A stretch of 32,000 nucleotides of DNA from Candidatus Kuenenia stuttgartensis (GTDB lineage Bacteria; Planctomycetota; Brocadiia; Brocadiales; Brocadiaceae): contig NZ_LT934425.1 in the NCBI RefSeq assembly GCF_900232105.1, forward strand, positions 2,040,001 through 2,072,000. The letters are read 5' to 3'. Position 1 is the first letter of the stretch, and the number at the start of each line of letters is the position of its first letter. Under the pieces are notes generated by a model. It had not been told where the DNA came from and made no database searches. It saw nothing but the letters and a program-made list of their open reading frames with translations. This document shows, piece by piece, positions 1 through 7,512 of this stretch. The translations under genes and the position numbers were made by a program.

Positions 1-225
1 TGCGTTAGGGAGTTTTTCGATATGTTCGTTATTCGATATCATATTTTATTAATAATACGATTTATTTGTTAATATAGGAATAGGGCTATTCCTATAGATT
101 TATTGATCTTATACATTGTTTAACCTGAAATCAAGGATTGAGTATTGAAGAGAAATTAAAAAAAACACAAAAGCAAAAATCAATTATTACGAAAAATTTG
201 ATGGAATATTCCAATGAAATAAAAC

Positions 226-372
226 TTATTCTTTGTCTTCGTCTTCGTCTTCGTCTTCAAGTTCTTTGCCCATGCGGTATTAATATCATAGTTGATACCT
301 TGTCCTGAGCCAAGCCGAAGGAATGAAGTCTAATTCCTCATCGGTGAAACCGTAGTGGCGAGCTAAACCGCA
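226..372 (-). pseudogene. Frameshifted 3'-end remnant of a paralogous Eco57I/PglX-like methyltransferase gene
   Basis: Minus strand reads LARHYGFTDEELDFI, then a ~23-nt insertion (CCTTCGGCTTGGCTCAGGACAAG), then INYDI-(1-nt deletion)-YRMGKELEDEDEDEDKE-stop. This matches the intact C-terminus ...LAQHYGFTDEELDFIINYDIKYRMGKELDVED at 3933-4040. Confidence 0.8.
235..258. repeat. Hexanucleotide microsatellite (GTCTTC)x4 encoding an acidic ED tail in the remnant
   Basis: gtcttc repeated four times in tandem. Confidence 0.9.
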
Positions 373-381
373 AACAAGCTG

Positions 382-570
382 TTATTTAATGGAATGCGCC
401 AATTCAATTTTAGAAAATGCTTTCATTAACATTCCTTCTATGTTTACAATGAACAATCCCATGGCAAAAGAAGTCCGTTGGGCTTTGGCACAAGTTTTTT
501 GCAACGTGTTATCTGCCGGTGCAAACACATTTTCTAATAGAAGGACAAATTTATAATCTTCCGACCACAT
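382..570 (-). CDS. Small hypothetical protein (62 aa), last ORF of the cassette
   Basis: ORF starts 8 nt after the stop of the preceding ORF on the same strand; no recognisable domain. Confidence 0.4.
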   Translation of the reverse strand: MWSEDYKFVLLLENVFAPADNTLQKTCAKAQRTSFAMGLFIVNIEGMLMKAFSKIELAHSIK

Positions 571-578
571 ATCGTCTT

Positions 579-809
579 CTAGTTTTCCCTCCTAAAATTA
601 TCCTCAATCTCATTTAGTCTTTCCCGGCACTGATTTATCATGTGTAAAACACATTTAGTACAGTAGAAAGAATCCTTGTACATACCATCTTTGACCTTAA
701 GAACGAGTTGACCCTTCTGGATAGAATGGGCATCATCGTGATAGCATTTTCGCTTTCTGCCAGCGACATCAACCGAATGAGTCTTAAGCATGCTTTTGTA
801 TTTTGCCAT
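579..809 (-). CDS. Small Cys/His protein, putative zinc-binding (76 aa; start MAKYKSML, preferred over the 944 start in the track)
   Basis: ATG at 809 lies 1 nt after the helicase stop (TGA-A-ATG). Motif C22-x5-H28-x21-C50-x2-C53 with HSIQKG, resembling a PARP-type-like zinc finger pattern. Confidence 0.6.
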   Translation of the reverse strand: MAKYKSMLKTHSVDVAGRKRKCYHDDAHSIQKGQLVLKVKDGMYKDSFYCTKCVLHMINQCRERLNEIEDNFRREN

Positions 810-810
810 T

Positions 811-3003
811 TCAGTTACCTTCCATTTTTTTTCTAATTTCAGACACCAGTTTATCAATAATTTCATCCATGTTGTCATGAGCATTTTTGAGTTGGTTTTC
901 CGTGAGTAAATCTCGTTCCCGTGAGCAAACATGCAAGTATTCAAGGACTGCTCTATTAATTAAAATTATTGCCGCCGGAAGATTAGCAGATGCAGTTGTT
1001 GATGGAAAATGCTTTGGGAGGTCTAATCCACCAATCTTCAACTGAAGTTCATTTAATAGTTGCTTTGCTGCAGAACGTACTCTCTCATCAAGACGCCGCC
1101 TTGCTGCCTTTCTCGCTTCTTGTGGGGACACCTGAAGTTTACTGAGAGTTCCTCTTTTTTGTGCTTGTAAGTATGATTGCATGAGCTTAGTCTCTAATTC
1201 CTCACGAGACAAACCAAAAACTTCAAAATCAATCCCTCGCATTTGCATTGTCTGAATTAAGTCCTCGACAGCTATTCTGGTGTCTTCTGGTACAAAATGA
1301 TCCTGAACAAAATGTACGATGGCCTCTTCAATTACCTCCATTTCAGGTCTGAAGCGTTTGCGACTTGGAGCAGGGTCTTTTTCACTGCTTTTATGAAGAA
1401 TGAACTCATGCTTACCAAATGCAAGTTCTGCAAAGAATGCCTCATCATCTTGGTCAAATTCCTTTAACTCATTCCACCACCGGTCAACATTGAGGCCAAC
1501 ATGAGAAACAACAAAACCACGATTAGCTGGATGACCAGGAGCGTTTTGTTTAATAACACGCATTACACGACCCACGAATTGAACGTATGGCATCAAATGC
1601 CTGTAAGGCCTGAATATCGCAGCTACGCTTAAGTTTGGATAATCTGCACCTTCACCAAGCATTTGGACTTGTACTATTGCATCAATACTTTTTGTTTGTA
1701 GCTTATTTCTAACCTTATATTGTTCTTCTTCTGGCAGATTACTGTGTATAATTTCTGTTCGAATGTTCCTCTCGGTGTATAAAGCCCTAATTGAATTTGC
1801 ATGGTCAATTGAGCATGCAACGGCTATTATTTGGTGCACTTCCCCACTTTCTTTCAATTCTTGCAGGCTTTGGATGGAAGCATCAACAATGCTTTCGTTA
1901 CATTCACGAGACAGTGCTACGCCTTTACTAAACCAATCTTTTTCCCGTAACATCAGGACGTCGTTTAGCCCAACTTTTCGGTTCTCGCCTTTGTAGGTAA
2001 AATAGATTTCTTGAGGCTCTAGCATACGAGAGGCAATGTCCTTGATGTACCCATCTCTTATCGCTTTCGCGATAGGAAAACGGTAGATTCTTTCTCCCTC
2101 AACCTTCTTCCCATCGGCTCTGAGTGGTGTTGCTGTGAAACTGACCTTCTTTGCATCGGGAAACTTGTTTAGCACTTCTTGCCAAGTCGGGGCAACATTA
2201 TGGTGTGCCTCATCGATAAGTATCATATCAAAGAAATCTGGCGCAAGCATTTTAATCCATTTCTTTGAACTTTTGGTTGTAAGCTGCTGAATGTTAGTAA
2301 CTACGATATCAGCACCATCGCAGTCGTGTATGCTAGCCTCGCTGTCGAGGTAGGCACAGGTAGGGCCATACCCGTTTGAGAGAACACCAAATCTCCGAAG
2401 AAAACTGCCACCGCAACTATAATCAAAATTGTCGTGTAGATTTCTTCTAATTTCAAGATTCGGCGCTATTGCCAAAACGCGCCCAGAACTTACGTGAAAG
2501 GGTAGCAAAGACATTGCCCCCGTTTTACCACACCCAACTGGAAGTTGAATTATCGCATGGTCGGAATAAGATTCGAAGTACCTCTTCGCAGCATAATATG
2601 CTTCTTTCTGCGGTACCCTAAGCCTATCGTTCTTCTCAATATTCGGTGCTAGCGTTTGAAAAGGGTTGGCTCTCAATGTTACTGCAGGAATTCGTGTTAG
2701 CTCTTTCTCAATCCATTGTTTGGTATCAGGTAAAGTGGAGAGTGATAATGCATGCCTAAATACCTTTACTGCTTCAGAATAACGGCGGGAATCACAGAGA
2801 CAACTAGCCTGGCTAATGAAATTGATAACTGCATTTTCCACTTCACCTTTAGTCAAATATGCTCTGGCTATGATAGCCTCAAATACCGCAACTTCAGAAC
2901 CTAGGTGGAAGATATCGCGATTATTTTTACTGAGCTTTGCATACTCAAGGGCAAGGAGTTTAGCATTTTTTTCTTTCTTGAGTTCATTTAGGTCCATTGT
3001 CAC
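811..3003 (-). CDS. DEAD/DEAH superfamily 2 helicase/ATPase with helical N-terminus and uncharacterised ~200-aa C-terminus
   Basis: Walker A LPVGCGKTG, motif II LIDEAH, motif III SFTATP, motif VI QFVGRVMR; 4-nt overlap with the upstream gene. Confidence 0.9.
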   Translation of the reverse strand: MTMDLNELKKEKNAKLLALEYAKLSKNNRDIFHLGSEVAVFEAIIARAYLTKGEVENAVINFISQASCLCDSRRYSEAVKVFRHALSLSTLPDTKQWIEKELTRIPAVTLRANPFQTLAPNIEKNDRLRVPQKEAYYAAKRYFESYSDHAIIQLPVGCGKTGAMSLLPFHVSSGRVLAIAPNLEIRRNLHDNFDYSCGGSFLRRFGVLSNGYGPTCAYLDSEASIHDCDGADIVVTNIQQLTTKSSKKWIKMLAPDFFDMILIDEAHHNVAPTWQEVLNKFPDAKKVSFTATPLRADGKKVEGERIYRFPIAKAIRDGYIKDIASRMLEPQEIYFTYKGENRKVGLNDVLMLREKDWFSKGVALSRECNESIVDASIQSLQELKESGEVHQIIAVACSIDHANSIRALYTERNIRTEIIHSNLPEEEQYKVRNKLQTKSIDAIVQVQMLGEGADYPNLSVAAIFRPYRHLMPYVQFVGRVMRVIKQNAPGHPANRGFVVSHVGLNVDRWWNELKEFDQDDEAFFAELAFGKHEFILHKSSEKDPAPSRKRFRPEMEVIEEAIVHFVQDHFVPEDTRIAVEDLIQTMQMRGIDFEVFGLSREELETKLMQSYLQAQKRGTLSKLQVSPQEARKAARRRLDERVRSAAKQLLNELQLKIGGLDLPKHFPSTTASANLPAAIILINRAVLEYLHVCSRERDLLTENQLKNAHDNMDEIIDKLVSEIRKKMEGN

Positions 3004-3560
3004 TCCTCACTTCTCTGGTAATACCATAGCCTTGCCTTTGAATCTTTGTATATGGCCACACAGACATACCCTGGTCTGCGAAATGGATTCTCAAGTAACT
3101 GCACAGATTTTTTTGCGCATATTTCTTCAATGTCGCCGTTCTGCTGACCACTTACTTCAATCATTTCTTCTCTTTCTCCGATCCAATAGTCGGCTTTTTC
3201 TCCTCGACGAGTTACCTCCGTGATTTCTCGATTGACGTTCAAATGCAAGAGTATACAACTGAGGCCAAGAGTCGCGAACTCAGTGATAACTGGTTCTTGG
3301 TAGGTGTTAATGCATTTATTATAGTCATCTCTAAGTCCTGACCAATTTAAATTAACATCCGTCTCAGTAGCCTCTAAGGCTGATGACCGGTAACTATTTC
3401 GCAAAGTTTTATGCCCATCTGTATAACGTTCTGTTCCTAAGAGTCTTCTGACTAAAGGAGAACGAAAATCCTCTGCACGAATTCTCGGATGATGATTGTG
3501 CAGTTCGTTCACATTAACTACGTTGTTATTGTCAGGGTCTAAAACATTTCGTCGATTCAT
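3000..3560 (-). CDS. Uncharacterised 186-aa protein, possible divergent PD-(D/E)XK-type nuclease
   Basis: ITEFATLG... EVTRRGEKADYWIGEREEMIEVSG pattern (D-x(n)-E-x-S). ORF begins immediately after the upstream stop (TAA-ATG) and overlaps the helicase start. Confidence 0.55.
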   Translation of the reverse strand: MNRRNVLDPDNNNVVNVNELHNHHPRIRAEDFRSPLVRRLLGTERYTDGHKTLRNSYRSSALEATETDVNLNWSGLRDDYNKCINTYQEPVITEFATLGLSCILLHLNVNREITEVTRRGEKADYWIGEREEMIEVSGQQNGDIEEICAKKSVQLLENPFRRPGYVCVAIYKDSKARLWYYQRSEE

Positions 3561-3785
3561 TTACGCTCCCTTGAAGTTATCTTGAAATTTAATACGGTCT
3601 TTATTTGCAATAAATGATACATGGTCGTTTATATCTATACTCAACGTTTTCATATCTTCGCTCACACGAACAAATAACTCGTTTGTATCCGAAATACTTC
3701 GCTTTTCGTCCACTTTTTGGATGATATCCGAAGTATTTCTAACATTTACAAACTGGTTGAAGACTAAAGGCTCTTGCCTTGACAA
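3561..3785 (-). CDS. Small hypothetical protein (74 aa), first ORF of the cassette
   Basis: Directly abuts the next ORF; start codon appears to be TTG. No recognised domain. Confidence 0.45.
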   Translation of the reverse strand: MSRQEPLVFNQFVNVRNTSDIIQKVDEKRSISDTNELFVRVSEDMKTLSIDINDHVSFIANKDRIKFQDNFKGA

Positions 3786-3932
3786 TTTATGGCACTTTTA
3801 ATTTCCTCCTTTCTTCCTCTCTTCCTCGCTCATAACCTCATGCTGAACTTGATTCAGTATCCGTTTGTGAACGCAATTTCTGGTAAACCACTTGCTTTGT
3901 CTGAAACAGAGTTTAGAAACCCCTATGCAATC

Positions 3933-6900
3933 TCAATCCTCTACGTCCAGTTCTTTGCCCATACGGTATTTAATGTCGTAGTTGATGATGAAGTCTAATT
4001 CCTCATCGGTGAAACCGTAATGTTGGGCTAATACTTTGTCTATTTCGTCTATGATGGGTTTTGAGAGCCTTGGATAAAATTCTTGATAAGTAATGCTTCC
4101 TGTTTTTGCTGAGACCTTTTCCTTGAATTGACTATTATTTTTGTAGTCAACCATTAATTCATCACAAAGCTTCGAAAGCATTTTTAAATTCTCTGGTTTT
4201 AAATCAGCAACTGAAAATGGAAATTCTTTTAAGTCGCTTGGATTCAAATCTCTACAATTAGTTGTAAGAATAAAGTACCAATAAAATAGACTACTACTCA
4301 ATATTGAAATAATTGCCTTTTTATTAGACTCTGACTTAAAAAATAAATAATTTTCTCGACTTGAGATAGCTTTGACTCCATTCAAAATGAAATTAGGGCT
4401 AAAATCCGTAAATATTTTCCAATATCTACCGCCACCTATTCGATAGAAAATTTTATGTTGCCCTTCTCTTTGTAAATCAAAAGCTAATATTTTCCCCCTC
4501 TTCTTTAATTTTTTTAAAATATCATTCTCAATTTTGTAACCGATTTTAGGAATTACGTAATCTTTAGCCTGCAATGAATTTTCACTATAAATGAGTTTTT
4601 CGAACAAAATCGATCTCTCTTCGGACTTCCATTTTATAAAAAAAGTCGTATGGATTGATTCAAAGTTTTTCTTAGGTGAAATAATGAAAATTGTAAGCAA
4701 GACTTCTGCTCCAGTAAATAGTTTACTTGGACGTTCGGCAAAGTTGCTCAACCAAACTTCTTTTGAATCAAAAGACAGTTTTTGTATACACTCCATCCGT
4801 TGTGTACAAATAACACTTATTGGTACAATAAGGCTAAAATAACCTTTTTCGGAAATTATTCTTCTTGACCTTTCACAAACAAAGCCAAATAAGTTTCCGC
4901 ATTCCTGAACACTATAATTGTTTAGGGTGTAATCTTTTCTTACTTTTGAATACTCCACATACGGCGGATTGCCAATAACCACACCGAACCCGCCTTTTTC
5001 TTGTATGGTTTCATAAAATTCCGCAAACCAGTGGAAGGGTTGATGGCTGGCCTTCCATTTTTCAAGGTCCTTTGGTTTCCCCTCTATATCAATTTTATAG
5101 AGCTGCGCGAGATAGATATTTAACGTATCATTTAACTTTCTCAACCGCTCCTCTAAATCCTTCTTTGCGCCGCTCATTGCGGGACTGTCAATTATCACCT
5201 GTGAATTTTTAAAATTCTCGTACGCCATTTTTATCATTTCTGCCTGTTCTTTTATCGATTCGATTTCCTTCTTTGAGAAAAGACGGCCTTTTGCCTTTTC
5301 CACTTCTTCAAGTCTTGCAAAGCCCACAAGCGTATTGCCTGACCGGATATTGAAGTCAATATCAGGCAGCGGCTCTAATCCCAGATTCGGCTTTTTATAG
5401 TCCACGTCCACCGTTGCCACCAGTTTCAGGAATAACCTCAGCTTGGCAATTTCTACCGCCTCATGCATGATGTCAACGCCGTAGATGTTTTTTAAAATGA
5501 TGTTCTTATAAATGAAATATTGGAGACTGGGGTGTTCGAGTGATTTAACTGCCGCTAAGGTTTCCTGGAAGAATTTGTATTTTGACACACCCTTTTGCCC
5601 CTTATCAGGAGTAGAATTTTTGGCATCTGTCATAAATGCCTCCATACGCTGAATGCATGCCTCGTATAACGGTTCAAGGATGTTGATTGCGGCAAAAAGG
5701 AAAGCGCCTGAACCGCAGGTGGGGTCAAGTATGGATATGTTTGTTAAGGCTTTATAAAAGTGTCTGATTAATTCAGGATCATCAGTGCTTTCGATTACAT
5801 CCTGAGCAAATTGCCGGATGTTAAGGTTGTATGTGATAAGGTCGTTTATCTCGTGTATTTCACCGTTTTCAATCTTTTGCGTTGTCTCTGCATAACGTTT
5901 CCTTCGTTCAACCACCTCACGCCATATTTCAGTGGGAAGTCCATATTCCGGCGGGGTGGGTTTATTCCATGCTGTGCGTTTGGAAACGTCATTCAGTCCG
6001 GCAGCAATTTCAGATGGCAACGGTAATTGTGGTGGTAATGGTAGGGGCGAAGCATTCTCTGGTGTGTGCGATGGTTGTAGAGAATCGTTCCGCTGTTCTG
6101 CGGATAAATGTTGTGCGGGTTGTGACAGAGAATGCTTCGCCCCTACGGGAATAACGATGCCGTGTTTTACAGCATCATACAGGTATTTATCAGGTTCTGT
6201 TTGCAGGAATCTCCATATTTCGGCATCGGGGTTTAGCGCTTTGGGATAAGTTCTTTTTACCTCATCGAACAGGTAAGGGATTACGCAGTTTTTACTGATG
6301 TAGTCCGTAATGTCCTCTTTGGTATAATATGCCCCCATAGATGCCCGGTCGTTGATGTATTTTTCAAATATGTAACCAATTACATCGGGATTTATGTCTT
6401 TACCTGTGGCGGTAATGCGTGTATCCAGGTGCCATTCATACTGGTCAAAGAAGCTGAATACCTGCTCAAATGCCTCATCTGCTATCTCAATGTTGTCATA
6501 GTTTTGCTCTATGTGGTGAACATCAAACAAGCCGCCGTTGAGATACGGCACAATGCCGATTTCATTGGTGATCTCTGGCGTTCTTTCATACGAACCCAGT
6601 CCCTTATGGAAAAGGATGAGCAGGAAGTTTCTATAAAATGAGTAAAACCTATTCTTGCCCCTTTTCTCCTGTGTGGCTTTCAGCCTGTTTTTCAGGTAGT
6701 CTTTGTCATTATCTAAAAACCCTTTTTTCTGGATAAAGTAGATGAACATCAGGCGGTTCAGCATCAGGGATGCATACCAATCCTTATCTACATTTTCGCT
6801 GATGCCCTTGATGAAATCTAAAAATGAGGTGTGTTCTTTTTTGAACTGGTCGTAAAAACGCTTTGTAACTTTTTCGGCATTGGCGTTGAATTGCTCTTGT

Positions 6901-7364
6901 ATGAGGGATTTAACGTCCACGATGCGGATCTTTTCCTCATCATCTATGGAAAAGAAAAGGCCCTTGAGTTTCTGGAACAATAGTTCCGGTTCCTGATGTA
7001 TGTAGTAATGCGTCTCCCTTACAGCCAATGGTTTTCCTTGTTCACGGATTACCAGTTGCCAGATTTGGTGTTTTTGAGAAAGATCGCTAAAGATGATGAG
7101 GTGTTCAAAATAGAGTTTGGTAATGGCGCTGTCTATTTTTTTTCTGATGTGATAATCGGGCATCTTGCCATGATTACCTGGAAAGCAGGCAAAGATCACA
7201 AAGCCTTTTTTTTCTGCCACGGCCTCCAAATTGTACGTTTCGTTTTCAACGACTACAGATTCTTTTTTCCGTACATTGTCCCACCCCAGTTCATTAAAAA
7301 GCTCTTTGAATTGATAGTTTTTTATGAGATGTTTAAAACGTGTTTTGTCTATGGAGGTATTCAT
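3933..7364 (-). CDS. Eco57I/PglX-like class I N6-adenine DNA methyltransferase (type IIG-like, possibly fused nuclease N-terminus)
   Basis: Motif I ILDPTCGSGAFLFAA, motif IV VVIGNPPYVEYSK, 1143 aa, long N-terminal region and a target-recognition-like C-terminal half. Confidence 0.9.
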   Translation of the reverse strand: MNTSIDKTRFKHLIKNYQFKELFNELGWDNVRKKESVVVENETYNLEAVAEKKGFVIFACFPGNHGKMPDYHIRKKIDSAITKLYFEHLIIFSDLSQKHQIWQLVIREQGKPLAVRETHYYIHQEPELLFQKLKGLFFSIDDEEKIRIVDVKSLIQEQFNANAEKVTKRFYDQFKKEHTSFLDFIKGISENVDKDWYASLMLNRLMFIYFIQKKGFLDNDKDYLKNRLKATQEKRGKNRFYSFYRNFLLILFHKGLGSYERTPEITNEIGIVPYLNGGLFDVHHIEQNYDNIEIADEAFEQVFSFFDQYEWHLDTRITATGKDINPDVIGYIFEKYINDRASMGAYYTKEDITDYISKNCVIPYLFDEVKRTYPKALNPDAEIWRFLQTEPDKYLYDAVKHGIVIPVGAKHSLSQPAQHLSAEQRNDSLQPSHTPENASPLPLPPQLPLPSEIAAGLNDVSKRTAWNKPTPPEYGLPTEIWREVVERRKRYAETTQKIENGEIHEINDLITYNLNIRQFAQDVIESTDDPELIRHFYKALTNISILDPTCGSGAFLFAAINILEPLYEACIQRMEAFMTDAKNSTPDKGQKGVSKYKFFQETLAAVKSLEHPSLQYFIYKNIILKNIYGVDIMHEAVEIAKLRLFLKLVATVDVDYKKPNLGLEPLPDIDFNIRSGNTLVGFARLEEVEKAKGRLFSKKEIESIKEQAEMIKMAYENFKNSQVIIDSPAMSGAKKDLEERLRKLNDTLNIYLAQLYKIDIEGKPKDLEKWKASHQPFHWFAEFYETIQEKGGFGVVIGNPPYVEYSKVRKDYTLNNYSVQECGNLFGFVCERSRRIISEKGYFSLIVPISVICTQRMECIQKLSFDSKEVWLSNFAERPSKLFTGAEVLLTIFIISPKKNFESIHTTFFIKWKSEERSILFEKLIYSENSLQAKDYVIPKIGYKIENDILKKLKKRGKILAFDLQREGQHKIFYRIGGGRYWKIFTDFSPNFILNGVKAISSRENYLFFKSESNKKAIISILSSSLFYWYFILTTNCRDLNPSDLKEFPFSVADLKPENLKMLSKLCDELMVDYKNNSQFKEKVSAKTGSITYQEFYPRLSKPIIDEIDKVLAQHYGFTDEELDFIINYDIKYRMGKELDVED
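6041..6146. mobile_element. Palindromic MITE/REP-like element inserted in frame within the methyltransferase CDS
   Basis: Perfect 21-bp terminal inverted repeats GTAGGGGCGAAGCATTCTCTG (6041-6061) and CAGAGAATGCTTCGCCCCTAC (6126-6146). They encode the low-complexity insert VGAKHSLSQPAQHLSAEQRNDSLQPSHTPENASPL. Confidence 0.8.
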
Positions 7365-7397
7365 TTTCTTGATTTATTATAATTGCCGTATCTGGTA

Positions 7398-7508
7398 TAG
7401 GGGCGAAGCATTTGCCTGCGTATGGTTTAACTCGTTCAACAGAGTGGAGTCGGCGCGTGTACCGTATTTACATCCTTATCTTCTATGCAGGCAAATGCTT
7501 CGCCCCTA
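7398..7508. mobile_element. 111-bp MITE-like element between the helicase and methyltransferase genes
   Basis: 22-bp terminal inverted repeats TAGGGGCGAAGCATTTGCCTGC (7398-7419) and GCAGGCAAATGCTTCGCCCCTA (7487-7508). Confidence 0.8.
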
Positions 7509-7512
7509 CGTT

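Noticed and set aside
3000-3560. Assignment of the cassette to Hachiman (HamA/HamB)
   Set aside because: A small protein next to a helicase is superficially similar, but no HamA (DUF1837) motif could be recognised and the additional small ORFs do not fit; a profile search is needed to be certain.
3789-3998. 69-aa plus-strand ORF at the 3' end of the methyltransferase
   Set aside because: Overlaps the methyltransferase on the opposite strand and has no domain.
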